64,000 bases of DNA from Candidatus Flemingiibacterium merdigallinarum (GCA_904386005.1 CAJFKR010000001.1:212221-276220); one strand, 5' to 3'; counted from the first letter of the stretch, positions 18,645 to 29,055 are shown. Notes: generated from the letters alone by a model not told the origin. Made by a program: numbers and translations.

Positions 18645-19337
18645 TCAGGCCTTCGGGTCGAGTCGGTAGCCGACGTTTCTGACTGTCTCGATGAGATTTG
18701 CGTGCCGGCCCAGCTTCTGGCGCAGAGTGCGTATGTGCATATCGACCGTGCGAGTCTCGCCGCAGTAGTCCATGCCCCAGACGTCACAGAACAGTCGATC
18801 GCGCGTGAACGCCATGCCCGGGTGGCTCATGAACAGCCGCAGCAGCTCATATTCCTTATAAGTGAGCGCGATCCGCTCGCCGTCGACCTCGACCGTGTGC
18901 TCGTCTAAGTTGAGTGTGACTCCGTCGAGGGTCAATATATGTTCGGTCTGCTTCGGCTTGCAGCGGCGGAGCACCGCTTTGACGCGCGAAACCATCTCCA
19001 TCATGCCGAACGGCTTGACAAGGTAGTCGTCGGCGCCGATGTCGAGCGAGCGTATCTTGTCGTATTCGGTGCCCTTGGCGGTCGCCATTATCACCGGCAG
19101 CTCGCTCGTATCGGGCGAAGCCTTCAGGCGGCGCAGCAGCTCGACCCCGTCTGTGCCCGGCAGCATGACGTCGAGTATCACCAGCGCGGGCACCTCATCC
19201 TTTAATGCCTCTAAAAACGACGCGCCGTCCTCGAAGCCGCGCGCCGCAAATCCGGTCGAGCTCAGCGCGTATACCTCAATGTCGCGTATGCTCGCGTCGT
19301 CCTCGACACACCATATCATATCCATAATTATGACCAT
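18645..19337 (-). CDS. OmpR/PhoB-family response regulator, PhoP-like
   Basis: Receiver domain (VEDD...LDVMLPG...K) plus a winged-helix domain (RTVDMHIRTLRQKL...VRNVGYRL). The true start is likely ATG 19325 or 19319. Confidence 0.9.
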   Translation of the reverse strand: MVIIMDMIWCVEDDASIRDIEVYALSSTGFAARGFEDGASFLEALKDEVPALVILDVMLPGTDGVELLRRLKASPDTSELPVIMATAKGTEYDKIRSLDIGADDYLVKPFGMMEMVSRVKAVLRRCKPKQTEHILTLDGVTLNLDEHTVEVDGERIALTYKEYELLRLFMSHPGMAFTRDRLFCDVWGMDYCGETRTVDMHIRTLRQKLGRHANLIETVRNVGYRLDPKA

Positions 19338-19365
19338 GACTTCGTGTTAGCGAAGTCTTCCTTTC
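19323..19365 (-). promoter_or_regulatory. SD-hairpin-AUG leader module
   Basis: Minus strand reads GAAAGGAAGACTTCGCTAACACGAAGTCATGGTCATAATTATG. Confidence 0.45.
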
Positions 19366-19423
19366 CTGACGGTCGCGGTTCTGCGGCAATACCGCAATTC
19401 GCGCAAAGCCTCGGCTTGCGCGG

Positions 19424-20071
19424 TCATTTCGACTCGTCATGTATTCCTGTGACTGAAAATACGACCCACTCCGCGATATTTACCGCGTGGTCGCCGATTC
19501 GTTCAAAGTATTTCGCTATCATCAATAGATCGAGCGCGTATCTGCCCTCGTCGGGATTGTGAGCGATAAGGCTGATAAGCGAGGTTTTGACCTTGTCAAA
19601 ATAATCGTCGACGACGTCGTCGCCCGCGATTACACGGTGCGCGGCGTCGACGTCCTGCTTTACATACGCGTCGACACTGTCAGTCACCATTCGGATTGCC
19701 GCCTTGGCCATCTCGCCTATGTATTCGCACTCCTCGATGCTGCGTCCGTCGAGAAAATTGATTATCTCCGCGATATCCGACGCCTGGTCGCCTATGCGCT
19801 CCATATCGGTAATCAGCTTGAGCGCGGCTGATATCATGCGCAGGTCGCGCGCGACCGGCTGCTGCGACAGCAGCAGCTTCAGGCACATAGACTCGATATT
19901 CCGCTCCATTCGGTCGATCTCGCCGGACAGCGGAGCGACTTTGGCCGCGAGCTTTACATCGGCTTCGTCGAGCGCCTTCGCCGCAAGCGCAATCGCCTCC
20001 TCGCAGAGCGCGCCCATTTCGATAAGCTCGCATTTGAGCTGCGCGAGCTGCTCGTCAAATCTGCTTCTCAT
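19424..20071 (-). CDS. phoU: phosphate signalling complex protein PhoU
   Basis: 215 aa. Duplicated ERIGD motifs (MERIGDQA, FERIGDHA). Confidence 0.92.
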   Translation of the reverse strand: MRSRFDEQLAQLKCELIEMGALCEEAIALAAKALDEADVKLAAKVAPLSGEIDRMERNIESMCLKLLLSQQPVARDLRMISAALKLITDMERIGDQASDIAEIINFLDGRSIEECEYIGEMAKAAIRMVTDSVDAYVKQDVDAAHRVIAGDDVVDDYFDKVKTSLISLIAHNPDEGRYALDLLMIAKYFERIGDHAVNIAEWVVFSVTGIHDESK

Positions 20072-20280
20072 TGATTATGACTGTTCCTTTCACTGATTGA
20101 TTCCGGCACTGCTATTTATTCGGTGCGGCACTATTTATATTATTAACGCGGTTTCATCCGGCGTCCGGCTGTATACACCTATGACGCCATGGCGCTCGGT
20201 GCTCCGCCGCACGAACCAATAATAGTTATATCAACCGCGATAAGTCCCGTAAATGGTATTCGTGCGGTTCTGTCCGCGGC

Positions 20281-21036
20281 TTATCCGAATCGACCGGTAA
20301 TATAGTCCTCGCAGCGCTTGTCGTCCGGCTGCGAGAATAGCTTCTCGGTTCCGCCGTATTCGACCAGCTCTCCGAGCAAAAAGAAAGCCGTTTGATCCGA
20401 AATCCGCACCGCCTGCTGCATATTGTGCGTGACTATGATTATCGTATATTTGTCCTTTAATTCGAGCGCGAGCTCCTCGATTTTCGACGTCGAAATCGGG
20501 TCGAGCGCGCTGGTCGGCTCGTCCATTAACAAAACGTCCGGCTCGACCGCGAGCGCGCGGGCAATGCAGAGCCGCTGCTGCTGTCCGCCCGAAAGACCAA
20601 GCGCGTTCTTTTTGAGTCTGTCCTTTACCTCGTCCCAAATAGCCGCGCCGCGGAGCGAACGCTCTACAATGTCGTCGAGCTTCGCGCGCGACGTTATTCC
20701 GTGTGTGCGCGGTCCGTAGGCGATGTTGTCGTAAATCGACATCGGGAAAGGGTTCGGCTTTTGGAAAACCATTCCGACCTCGCGTCGCAGCTCGTTCACG
20801 TCGACCGATTGGTCGAATATATTCGTGCCGCGGTAGGACACTTCGCCGGTGATCCTGACTCCGGGTATCAGATCGTTCATTCGGTTCAGGGTTTTGATAA
20901 AGGTCGATTTTCCGCAGCCGGACGGTCCTATCAGCGCGGTTATACTTTTTTCGGGTATCGTGACGTTGATATTTTTCAGAGCCTGCGTCTGACCGTACCA
21001 AAGGCAAAGGTCATTGACCGTAATGATGTCGCTCAT
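20281..21036 (-). CDS. pstB: phosphate ABC transporter ATP-binding protein PstB
   Basis: Walker [10 protein letters not shown], signature LSGGQQQRL, Walker B LLMDEP. Ends with the typical YITGRFG. Confidence 0.95.
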   Translation of the reverse strand: MSDIITVNDLCLWYGQTQALKNINVTIPEKSITALIGPSGCGKSTFIKTLNRMNDLIPGVRITGEVSYRGTNIFDQSVDVNELRREVGMVFQKPNPFPMSIYDNIAYGPRTHGITSRAKLDDIVERSLRGAAIWDEVKDRLKKNALGLSGGQQQRLCIARALAVEPDVLLMDEPTSALDPISTSKIEELALELKDKYTIIIVTHNMQQAVRISDQTAFFLLGELVEYGGTEKLFSQPDDKRCEDYITGRFG

Positions 21037-21929
21037 TGCTCTCTCCTCTTTTTAAAGTATTTTCCGACGAGCGAGGCGGCGAGGTTGATCAACATTGTCA
21101 GTATCATCAATATCGCGGCGATGGCGAACGCGACCTCGAACTCGCCCTCCTCCTTGGCGTAGACGTATAGCGCGACAGTCAGAGTCGCGCCCGCGCTGTT
21201 AAGCCCCTCGATGAAGCCGTTCAACGCGTGCGCGAAGCCGGCGGTGAACAGCAGCGCGGCCGATTCGCCGAGTATACGTCCGACCGCGAGTATGCAGCCG
21301 GTGACGACTCCGTCCACGCATCCGGGCAAAACGACGGTGCGGATTACCTGCCACTTGCCCGCGCCGAGTCCGAACGCTCCCTCTCGGTAGCTCTGCGGCA
21401 CGGTCTTCAGGCTCTCCTGTGTCGTGCGCATTATCGTCGGCAGATTCATTATGACGAGCGTCAGCGCGCCGGCGAGCAGCGAGGTCTTCATTCCGAGAAA
21501 CTGACAGAAGAAGAGCATACCAACCAGACCGTATATGATAGACGGTATGCCGGACAGAGTTTCGGCGGCGTATTCGATCGCCGCGACGAGCCGGTGGTTC
21601 GTCGCGTATTCAGTCAGGTATACCGCCGCGCCGACTCCGAGCGGCAGGACTATTACAAGCGACGCTATGACGATGTACAGCGTATTCAGTATGTCCGGCA
21701 GGATGCCTATCGTGTCGGAAAGGTAGCTCGGCTTGGTCGTGAGCAGCTGCCAGCTTATGTTCGGCAGCCCTTTGTACATCACGTATACAATAAGAAAAAT
21801 TACGAGCGCGGCGCAGAGCAGCGCTGAAATCAACATCAGCGCGCGCATCACCATGGTATAGATTCTGCGTCGGGTCGACAGCCGACCCGACAGAGACGGT
21901 TGGTTTTTTGTCATACGCTCACCTCTCAC
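21033..21929 (-). CDS. pstA: phosphate ABC transporter permease PstA
   Basis: 298 aa permease. 4-nt overlap with pstB. EAA-loop-like region [13 protein letters not shown]. Confidence 0.9.
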   Translation of the reverse strand: MRGERMTKNQPSLSGRLSTRRRIYTMVMRALMLISALLCAALVIFLIVYVMYKGLPNISWQLLTTKPSYLSDTIGILPDILNTLYIVIASLVIVLPLGVGAAVYLTEYATNHRLVAAIEYAAETLSGIPSIIYGLVGMLFFCQFLGMKTSLLAGALTLVIMNLPTIMRTTQESLKTVPQSYREGAFGLGAGKWQVIRTVVLPGCVDGVVTGCILAVGRILGESAALLFTAGFAHALNGFIEGLNSAGATLTVALYVYAKEEGEFEVAFAIAAILMILTMLINLAASLVGKYFKKRREQ

Positions 21930-23151
21930 GGTCGCGCTTCAAGAAGAAGTTGAGCGCGGCGTTTATCAACATGATGAATAGGAACAACACAAGCGCTATC
22001 GAAAAGAGCGCCTGACGCTGAAGTCCGCTCGAATAGGACATCTCGCTTGCTACCGCGGTCGTTAAGAAGCGCACCGACTCGAACAGCGAGGGCATATTCG
22101 GCGCGTTGCCCGAGACCATCATAACCGCCATAGCTTCGCCGATAGCGCGGCCGACGCCCATGACGACCGCGGCGGCGATTCCGCTCTTTGCCGCCGGAAC
22201 CGAGACCCGGAAGTAGGTCTCGACCGGGGTCGCGCCGAGCGCGAGCGAAGCGTCTTCGTATTCCTTTGGCACGGCGTCGAGCGAGGTCATCGATATTTTA
22301 ATTATTGAAGGAAGTATCATTACCGCGAGCACGATCATCGCGGCGAGCAGGCTCGCGCCGTCCGGTATATTGAAAAGCTCGCGTATTCCCGGCACGAGTA
22401 TCAGCATACCGACAAGACCGTATACGACCGACGGGATTCCGGCGAGCAGTCCGATCGCAGCCTCCATCACGGCGCGCACCTTCCGGTTCGCGAGCTTTGA
22501 CAGCCAGACCGCGCACAAAAAACCAATCGGCACGCCGATTACGATAGCTCCGGCGGTGCCGTATATACTGGTCAGAATAAACGGCAGTATGCCGAACTTG
22601 GGTTCGGCGTTGGTTGAAGCCCACTCCTTGCCGAACAGAAACTCAATAGGACCGATTTCGACTATCGCGGGCAGACCGGATACTACAAGATAGACTGTGA
22701 TAAGCAGCACGAATCCGACCGTGATAAGTCCGAGCACGAGGAATATGCCGTGCATAAGGTTTTCGACAAAGCGTTTGAAATTTTTGCGGATCGCGCGTTT
22801 GTTTTTGGCTTGTGTCATAACGCCGTTCTCCATTCCTGCCGGGTCGCTGACTTTTGCGTCCTCAATTATATCCGCGGTATCGGTGATGCTATCGGCTATA
22901 ACCGCGCTTTGGGCATTATCTTTTCCGCCCACGGTTATATTCGCGTCGCTTGTTCTACTGCCGACGGCTGTATTCGCGTCGTTTTTGCCGCTGTCCGCGG
23001 TTATACTCGCGGCGTCGGCGATACTATCCGTGGACACGCGCTTTGTATTCCCACCGATTTTACGCGATGAGCGACGGTCAGATTGACCGCCGCTATCGGA
23101 CACATTATCTTTATTGACCTCGGTTATACTCTTTGTGAGGTTCGTATCCAT
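21919..23151 (-). CDS. pstC: phosphate ABC transporter permease PstC with an N-terminal extension of about 110 aa
   Basis: The C-terminal ~300 aa is a typical PstC (EDASLALGATPVETYFRV). The N-terminal region is low-complexity and D/S/T/A-rich. The ORF begins 4 nt after the pstS stop. Confidence 0.85.
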   Translation of the reverse strand: MDTNLTKSITEVNKDNVSDSGGQSDRRSSRKIGGNTKRVSTDSIADAASITADSGKNDANTAVGSRTSDANITVGGKDNAQSAVIADSITDTADIIEDAKVSDPAGMENGVMTQAKNKRAIRKNFKRFVENLMHGIFLVLGLITVGFVLLITVYLVVSGLPAIVEIGPIEFLFGKEWASTNAEPKFGILPFILTSIYGTAGAIVIGVPIGFLCAVWLSKLANRKVRAVMEAAIGLLAGIPSVVYGLVGMLILVPGIRELFNIPDGASLLAAMIVLAVMILPSIIKISMTSLDAVPKEYEDASLALGATPVETYFRVSVPAAKSGIAAAVVMGVGRAIGEAMAVMMVSGNAPNMPSLFESVRFLTTAVASEMSYSSGLQRQALFSIALVLFLFIMLINAALNFFLKRDRER

Positions 23152-23154
23152 CGC

Positions 23155-23961
23155 TTAGTTCACCGGAACCGCGCCGGCGCCCGAGATTATCGCCGAAGCG
23201 TCAGCAGAGGTTATGTAATCGAAGAACTTCTGCGCGGTTTCGGAGAGCGCGGTGTCGGTCTTGGTAACGAGTACGAACGGACGCTGGATGACATAGCTGC
23301 CGTCTTTGACGGTCTCCTCGGTCGGAGCGACTCCGTTTACGGTCAGAGCCTTGACGGTGTCCTTAACCGACGCGAGCGACGCGTAGCCGATGGCGTTCGG
23401 GTTGGTCGAGACGGTGGTGATGACGTCTCCGGTCGAGGTCAGCTCCTGACGGTACTGGCAGGCGCCCTCGGTGCCGGTGATCGACTCGAAGCCGTCGCGC
23501 GTGCCGCTTCCGGCTTCACGACCGATCAGGACAATTTCGCCGTCATTTCCGCCCACTTCCGACCAGTTCGTGATCTCGCCGGTGTAGATCTTGGCGATGG
23601 TATCGGTGTCGAGGTCGGAAACCGGATTCTCGTTGTTTACGATAATCGCGATTCCGTCGAGCGCGAGGACAGTGCCGGTAAGACCGCTCGCGGTTTCCTC
23701 ATCCTTGAGCGCGCGGCTCGAAAGACCGATGTCGCAGCGTCCCTCGGACACAGCGGTGATTCCCGAACCCGAGCCGGTGGGGTTGTAGGTGAAGGTCACG
23801 CCGGGATTGTCATTCTCGAAGGCTTCGCCAAGCGCGCCGATTACCGACGACATTGAAGTCGAACCGTCGGTCGATACGCTGCCCGACGCGCTCTCGGAGC
23901 AGCTGAAGAGAGATGCTGCCGCGACCGCAGCGGCGAGGAGGAGACTTGCTAACTTTTTCAT
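23155..23961 (-). CDS. pstS: phosphate-binding lipoprotein PstS
   Basis: Lipobox LFSCSE. GSGSG, GTRD and typical PBP-like blocks. Confidence 0.9.
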   Translation of the reverse strand: MKKLASLLLAAAVAAASLFSCSESASGSVSTDGSTSMSSVIGALGEAFENDNPGVTFTYNPTGSGSGITAVSEGRCDIGLSSRALKDEETASGLTGTVLALDGIAIIVNNENPVSDLDTDTIAKIYTGEITNWSEVGGNDGEIVLIGREAGSGTRDGFESITGTEGACQYRQELTSTGDVITTVSTNPNAIGYASLASVKDTVKALTVNGVAPTEETVKDGSYVIQRPFVLVTKTDTALSETAQKFFDYITSADASAIISGAGAVPVN

Positions 23962-24076
23962 TGTAAAATGACCCCTTTCAGATCAAATAAAATTGCTTTC
24001 ATCATATTTCTGTGGATTGGAGCGCCGTTATATGTTTTCTGTCTCTCAATCTCACAGTTATATGATACCATCAGGG

Positions 24077-24210
24077 TGTAAAATGAAAAAGATTCGTCAT
24101 GTAAAATCGATGTCAAGCCGCAAAAAGCGATAATTTTCGATTTTACAAAGCATCGAATAGGCACTTTACAATGTAAAATTCGGCTTGAGCGAGCGGCGAA
24201 TTTACAACAC
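24077..24210 (-). promoter_or_regulatory. candidate Pho-box region upstream of pstS
   Basis: Several TTTACA / TGTAAA hexamers. Two same-strand copies lie 23 nt apart (24077 and 24100), with others at about 24143, 24165, 24171 and 24201. Confidence 0.3.
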
Positions 24211-24334
24211 GACGTGGTGCAATCGACGAGTGATAGATTCGCAAAAATGATTTGACTCCCGCCGTGCTTCTGTTCATGCAAAGCAAATCTCTATCGGGCA
24301 CACGTTATCTATAAGTTATTGTTTATGAAGAAAA

Positions 24335-24372
24335 TGAATAGACACCGGCGGGCATCTATTCATTTTTATCGT
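24335..24372. terminator. bidirectional terminator
   Basis: AATGAATAGA...TCTATTCATT with flanking A and T runs, just downstream of nnr. Confidence 0.6.
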
Positions 24373-24431
24373 GTAGTTGCGAGGGTCTTATCGTATAAAT
24401 GCAATGTCAGCCAATAATATTTCGCATCATG

Positions 24432-25943
24432 TCAGCCGATAATCTCGCGCATGGCGTCGGGGATGTGGCGCACCGTGTCGCCCGAAATCATCGCTACCGA
24501 CGGTATCTCGCGCGACGCGAGAGCTCCGGCCAGTCCGTTCAGATACGCGCCGGCCGCGACTCCGAGCAAGAGGTCGTCGTCGCTGACATATCCGCAGATT
24601 CCGGCGAGGATTCCGGACAGCACGTCGCCGCTTCCGGCGGTAGCCATGCCGCAGTCTCCGCTGTCGGACAGGTACACGGTATTGCCGTCGGTTATAATTG
24701 TAGTCGTGCCCTTCAGAAGCAGAATAGTACCGGTGTTCTTAGCGTATTCCTTGGCGGCGGTGACAAGGTCGTGGCGGCACTCGTCGAATTTTTTGCCGCA
24801 GAGCCGCTCGAACTCCTTCGGATGAGGCGTCAGAATCAGGCGGCAGGACGCGTTCTTGAAATATTTTATATCCATGCCGGCGAGGACGTTCAGTCCGTCG
24901 GCGTCGATGATCAGCCGACCCGAGTATTCACAGAGCATATATTCGAGCAGACGCTTGACCTCGTCGCTGCGACCCATGCCCATGCCGACCGCGGCGGCGC
25001 GGGTGTGATAGAGCAGGCGGTCGATCGCGCCGTGGCTGAAGCAGAACTGACCGTCGATGTCGTCAAGCTCGTACAGCGTGCTCTCGAGGATATACGGCAG
25101 CACCGCCTTGGTAATGCAGCGCGGAACGGCGAGCTTAGACACTCCCGCTCCCGAGCGCAGCGCGGACAGCGCGAGGTTCGCGAGCTTGGCAGCTCCGCTG
25201 TACTCGACCGAGCCGCCGATTATAGCGACGTAGCCGTAATCGCCCTTGTTCGAATTTTGTAGTCTCCCGCAGAATATACGGCGGATATCTGACGGCTCGA
25301 TTAAGTATGCGGCGTCACCGACCGACTCGATGCCGATGTCGCAATTGATCTTATTTTCGATATAATCCTTCGCCGAATTCAGGAAGTGACCGCTCTTGAA
25401 GCTGCCGAGCGAGACTGTGAGGTTGGAGCGGACGCAAGCGCCGTCGTCGTCCTCTCCGGCAAGACCGCTGTTGGCGACGAGACCGCTGTTGATGTCGGCA
25501 GAGACTACATACGCGCCCGACTCGTTGATTCGCTCGATCGCGGTTTTATACGGATCGCTTATCTCGTCGCCGCGGAAGCCTATGCCGAATATGCAGTCGA
25601 GGACGGTATTATAGCCGTCGAGCGACAGGTTGTCGAGTCCCTGCTTCATCTCAACGCCGATTGAGGTACACTCGTCAAAGAAATAGCGACCGTCTTCGGT
25701 CAGCCGGTCGGACAGAAGGAAGAGCGTGACGTCAATTCCGGCGGTCTTGAGTCTGGACGCGGTCGCGAAGCCGTCGGCAGCGTTATTTCCGCCGCCGCAG
25801 ACTACGGCTACCGGCGGCTTCCAGTCGACCGCCTCGAATATCGCGAGTCCGGCGCGGGAGATGAGCTCGAACGCGGTCAGCGATTTCTCTATCGCCGCCG
25901 CTTCGCTTTTGCGCATATTTTCGGTGGATATAACCTTGATCAT
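24432..25943 (-). CDS. nnr: bifunctional NAD(P)H-hydrate repair enzyme (epimerase / ADP-dependent dehydratase)
   Basis: 503 aa. N-terminal YjeF-N (CGGGNNAADG) and a C-terminal carbohydrate-kinase-like domain (GSGDVLSG). Confidence 0.9.
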   Translation of the reverse strand: MIKVISTENMRKSEAAAIEKSLTAFELISRAGLAIFEAVDWKPPVAVVCGGGNNAADGFATASRLKTAGIDVTLFLLSDRLTEDGRYFFDECTSIGVEMKQGLDNLSLDGYNTVLDCIFGIGFRGDEISDPYKTAIERINESGAYVVSADINSGLVANSGLAGEDDDGACVRSNLTVSLGSFKSGHFLNSAKDYIENKINCDIGIESVGDAAYLIEPSDIRRIFCGRLQNSNKGDYGYVAIIGGSVEYSGAAKLANLALSALRSGAGVSKLAVPRCITKAVLPYILESTLYELDDIDGQFCFSHGAIDRLLYHTRAAAVGMGMGRSDEVKRLLEYMLCEYSGRLIIDADGLNVLAGMDIKYFKNASCRLILTPHPKEFERLCGKKFDECRHDLVTAAKEYAKNTGTILLLKGTTTIITDGNTVYLSDSGDCGMATAGSGDVLSGILAGICGYVSDDDLLLGVAAGAYLNGLAGALASREIPSVAMISGDTVRHIPDAMREIIG

Positions 25944-26323
25944 AATTTCATTTCCTCAACTTTAATATTAATCGCGAGCCCGGGCATATGTATTCTGGAA
26001 TCAACCTGCGATTGATTCAACCCAAAGTTGATAATATCGCCGGAAATCGCGCTCCATTAATATTATTATACACTGACAGCGTGAATTTATCAAGCGGATT
26101 TTCAATTTCCGATGCGCAATTAACGTAGTAATTCGGCAATGTTTTAAGGAAAGATTAGGGCAAAATAGACAAGCGGGTAGATATCTTCAAGAGATCGCTT
26201 TATTTTATGCAATACAGGATAAAAAACAACAGCCTGCTCCATTGGGTTGAACTGAAGAGATAAATGAATCATAAAAGTCTTATGAGTGATTTTTTAATGA
26301 ATATGTGCTATACAAAATGGTTA

Positions 26324-27772
26324 TCAATTGCTAAAATCGGCGAACGATTGATTCAGGTTGTCGATATACCCGTTTTCAGCCGAGAGCTTCGACTGATAGT
26401 AGGACGCGAAGTCGGTGTTGTTGTTCATAATCATCGCGTCGGCAAACGAGTAGAAGCCGGTCGACTTGAAGTTCATCGCAGGATCGTAGACGATATTTCC
26501 GAAGATAATGTCGAGCATTTCGACCGACTCCTCGTCTTGTGCAAAGCGGACGCTTAATAATGAGTCGAAGAACTCGGGGCGTACTAACGTATAACCGTAG
26601 TAGCAAAGCCATTCGCTGACCGCTCCGGTGAAATCTGGGTCTGCGGTCGCGAGAACAAGCAGGTTCGGACTCCAGGACAGCGAGTAATATTCTTTCTGAT
26701 TTTCGTCGTATTTTGGCAGCGGCAGGATTCCGTAGTCGAAGTCGAGTTGGTTAAATGCCGCCGCGGCATTGCTGACAGAAACAAAATAGGTAAGGTAGCT
26801 GCCCTGATTGAACAACGACACTTGTGCGCTCACATCCTGCGTCGAGCTGTCGGTATACATATATCCGCCGCCGCCGTTGAACAGCGCGGTCGTCTTTTCG
26901 ATAATCGTCTGCATTTTCTCGGTGTCGATCGCGAGCGCATAGCCGTCGTCCGACTTCTCCCAGATCATCTCGCCGCAGGACGCGGGGATGTTGCGCAGCA
27001 GCCAGGACGAACCGGACAGATATATCGCGGTGCCGTAGCGGTCGGTCTCGTCATATACGCTGTCGCCATTGATGTCGGACATGACCTCGGCCGAGATTTC
27101 AGCGAGCTTGTCCCACGTCCAGCTGCCGTCGTATACATAATCGTAAAGGCTTCCGAGACCAAGGTCGGTCGCGAGCTCCTTGTTGAACAATAGGAACACC
27201 GTTTCATCCATAAAGATGCTGCCGGCGGCGAACGGAGCTTTGCCGTTTATCGACAACGAGTCGATGATGTTCGGATTCCACCACGGATTCCCGAAATCGA
27301 CGTGCGGCATTACATTCCAGTCGAGCACCAGATTTTCGGAAACGTAGTTGTTAAGGTTCATGTTGACATGAACGACGCCGAGGTCATACGCGGCGTCGCC
27401 CGCCATGACTGTAGACTGTATCACCGGATACACGTCCTCGACCCGCGCTCCGGCGACATAGTAGCCGATATCGACTCCGAGCTGCTCCTCGGTCATGCGG
27501 TCGCGCTCATACATCGCGTCGTTGACCGCGCTGCCGTTCATCTCGTCGGCGTAAATATACTGAAGCTGACTCGTCGTAACTATCGTAAAGCCGCGCCCGT
27601 CATAGTCGTTTGTGTAATCGGGAGGTGGAAGTGTGTCATCGGCGGTGCTTTCGGTCGACGAGGTGTCGCCCGATGTGACGTTGTCGTCGATAGGGTCTGT
27701 CGGCGCGGCTTGGCAAGCTGCGAGCGATACCGTGAGAAGCAGAAGCAGTGACAAAATATTGCGTGTTTTCAT
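26324..27772 (-). CDS. extracellular solute-binding lipoprotein, paralog 3
   Basis: MKTRNILSLLLLLTVSLAAC lipobox. YGILPLPKYDENQ and SVEMLDII blocks. Confidence 0.85.
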   Translation of the reverse strand: MKTRNILSLLLLLTVSLAACQAAPTDPIDDNVTSGDTSSTESTADDTLPPPDYTNDYDGRGFTIVTTSQLQYIYADEMNGSAVNDAMYERDRMTEEQLGVDIGYYVAGARVEDVYPVIQSTVMAGDAAYDLGVVHVNMNLNNYVSENLVLDWNVMPHVDFGNPWWNPNIIDSLSINGKAPFAAGSIFMDETVFLLFNKELATDLGLGSLYDYVYDGSWTWDKLAEISAEVMSDINGDSVYDETDRYGTAIYLSGSSWLLRNIPASCGEMIWEKSDDGYALAIDTEKMQTIIEKTTALFNGGGGYMYTDSSTQDVSAQVSLFNQGSYLTYFVSVSNAAAAFNQLDFDYGILPLPKYDENQKEYYSLSWSPNLLVLATADPDFTGAVSEWLCYYGYTLVRPEFFDSLLSVRFAQDEESVEMLDIIFGNIVYDPAMNFKSTGFYSFADAMIMNNNTDFASYYQSKLSAENGYIDNLNQSFADFSN

Positions 27773-27884
27773 TGCGTGAACCTCGTCCGGCGACGGTTTT
27801 GAGGTGCGCCGTCAGCCGCCGGACACTCCTTTCAAGTATGATGTTTATATGGTTGTAATTAACTGTAAAATTACCGCAGCGACC

Positions 27885-28874
27885 TCATTCGCCCAGCTCT
27901 CGGAGTATATCGAGCGCCGGTGCGGGGAGCCGTCCGAGGTAGTCGGGACCGATGTTCAAGAGATAGTTGATTCCCTGCGAATTCAGGCGATCGCGTATCT
28001 CGCGGACGCGGGAAGCCGGCTTCCAGTCGTTGTCGAACGATTTGTAGCCCCATGTGTTGTTGAGTGTGGCAGGACATTCGTAAAGTCCGGTGCGCTCGCC
28101 GACCGATATCGCGTAGGGGCGACCCTCCTCCTTCTTAAAGTCGATCTGATTGTCGCCGCAGGAGCGGTAGTCGCCGATTCCGTTGCCTATGCGCGAGTTG
28201 ACAAGGCAGTCGGGCTGGTAGTGCTTTATCATATCGTAAAGCTCGCGGCTCTGGGATTCGCTGATCACGTGAGGCGTGTCACACCAGATGAGGCAGAGGT
28301 CGCCGTATTTTGTGAGTATCTCCTTGAACTGTGTCTTTATCTTGCCCTCGAAGCACTTCGAGAAATCCTTGTGCTCGTTGTCCGGATAGTCCCAGTCGTT
28401 GGTCCAGCTCATGCAGCCGCAGTTGGTGTGACCGCTCTTGTAGCCGCCGCCGTTCGGGTCGTGCCAGTCGAGCTCCTGCGAATAGTAGAGTCCGAATTTG
28501 AGTCCCTGTCTCGCGCAGGCGTTCGCCAGCTCGTATATGATGTCGCGGCCGAAGGGCGTGCCCTTTTTGCTGTTGAAGCTGTCCCACTCCGAGTCGAACA
28601 GGCAGAAGCCGTCGTGGTGCTTGCTCGTTGTGACCATGTACTGCATACCCGCGTTTTTCGCCGCGCTGACCCACTCGTCCGCCGAAAAGCAGATGGGGTT
28701 GAATATCCGCGCGAAATTTTCGTATTCGGCGTTCGGAATGCGGAAATAGGACTGCGCCCACTCGCCGATGTAGGGCATACGGCGACCCTTCCACTCGCCC
28801 GCCGGAATCGCGTAGAGCCCGAAATGTATCATCATTCCGAATCCGGCCTGCTTGAACCATTCTTTGTTTGTCAT
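27885..28874 (-). CDS. alpha-L-fucosidase, GH29 family (short form, catalytic domain only)
   Basis: 329 aa. FGMMIHFGLY, SKHHDGFCLFDS and IWCD motifs. Paralogous to 1-1287. Confidence 0.8.
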   Translation of the reverse strand: MTNKEWFKQAGFGMMIHFGLYAIPAGEWKGRRMPYIGEWAQSYFRIPNAEYENFARIFNPICFSADEWVSAAKNAGMQYMVTTSKHHDGFCLFDSEWDSFNSKKGTPFGRDIIYELANACARQGLKFGLYYSQELDWHDPNGGGYKSGHTNCGCMSWTNDWDYPDNEHKDFSKCFEGKIKTQFKEILTKYGDLCLIWCDTPHVISESQSRELYDMIKHYQPDCLVNSRIGNGIGDYRSCGDNQIDFKKEEGRPYAISVGERTGLYECPATLNNTWGYKSFDNDWKPASRVREIRDRLNSQGINYLLNIGPDYLGRLPAPALDILRELGE

Positions 28875-29055
28875 ATCTTTGCTCCTTTCGTTATTGAGAC
28901 GGTAGATTTTACTATATAAAACCGCCGAAATCTATTGACAAGCGGTGTGCTTATGTATTATTATAGTATAAACCCGCGGTTTTGTATATAGCCGTGATAA
29001 GCCGCGGCATGACCAAAATAAGCTTTTCATATAGAATTGAATCGGGGGGATTGAC

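Noticed and set aside
20231-21007. 258-aa Arg-rich ORF in an alternative frame of pstB
   Set aside because: It is same-strand and out of frame within pstB, which has all ABC ATPase motifs. Its composition (Arg/Gly/Ala) is typical of off-frame GC-rich translation.
26114-26127. gcgcaattaacgta, resembling the left flank and TIR of MITE copy A (1288-1300)
   Set aside because: Similarity stops after TTAACGT and no partner TIR or internal element sequence follows. It is too short to call a solo TIR.
27804-28919. 371-aa ORF on the plus strand
   Set aside because: Antisense shadow of the GH29 fucosidase gene. The same reasoning applies to 7307-8296, 9763-10740, 24399-25262, 38344-39063, 56541-57746, 60669-61583 and 49898-50674.
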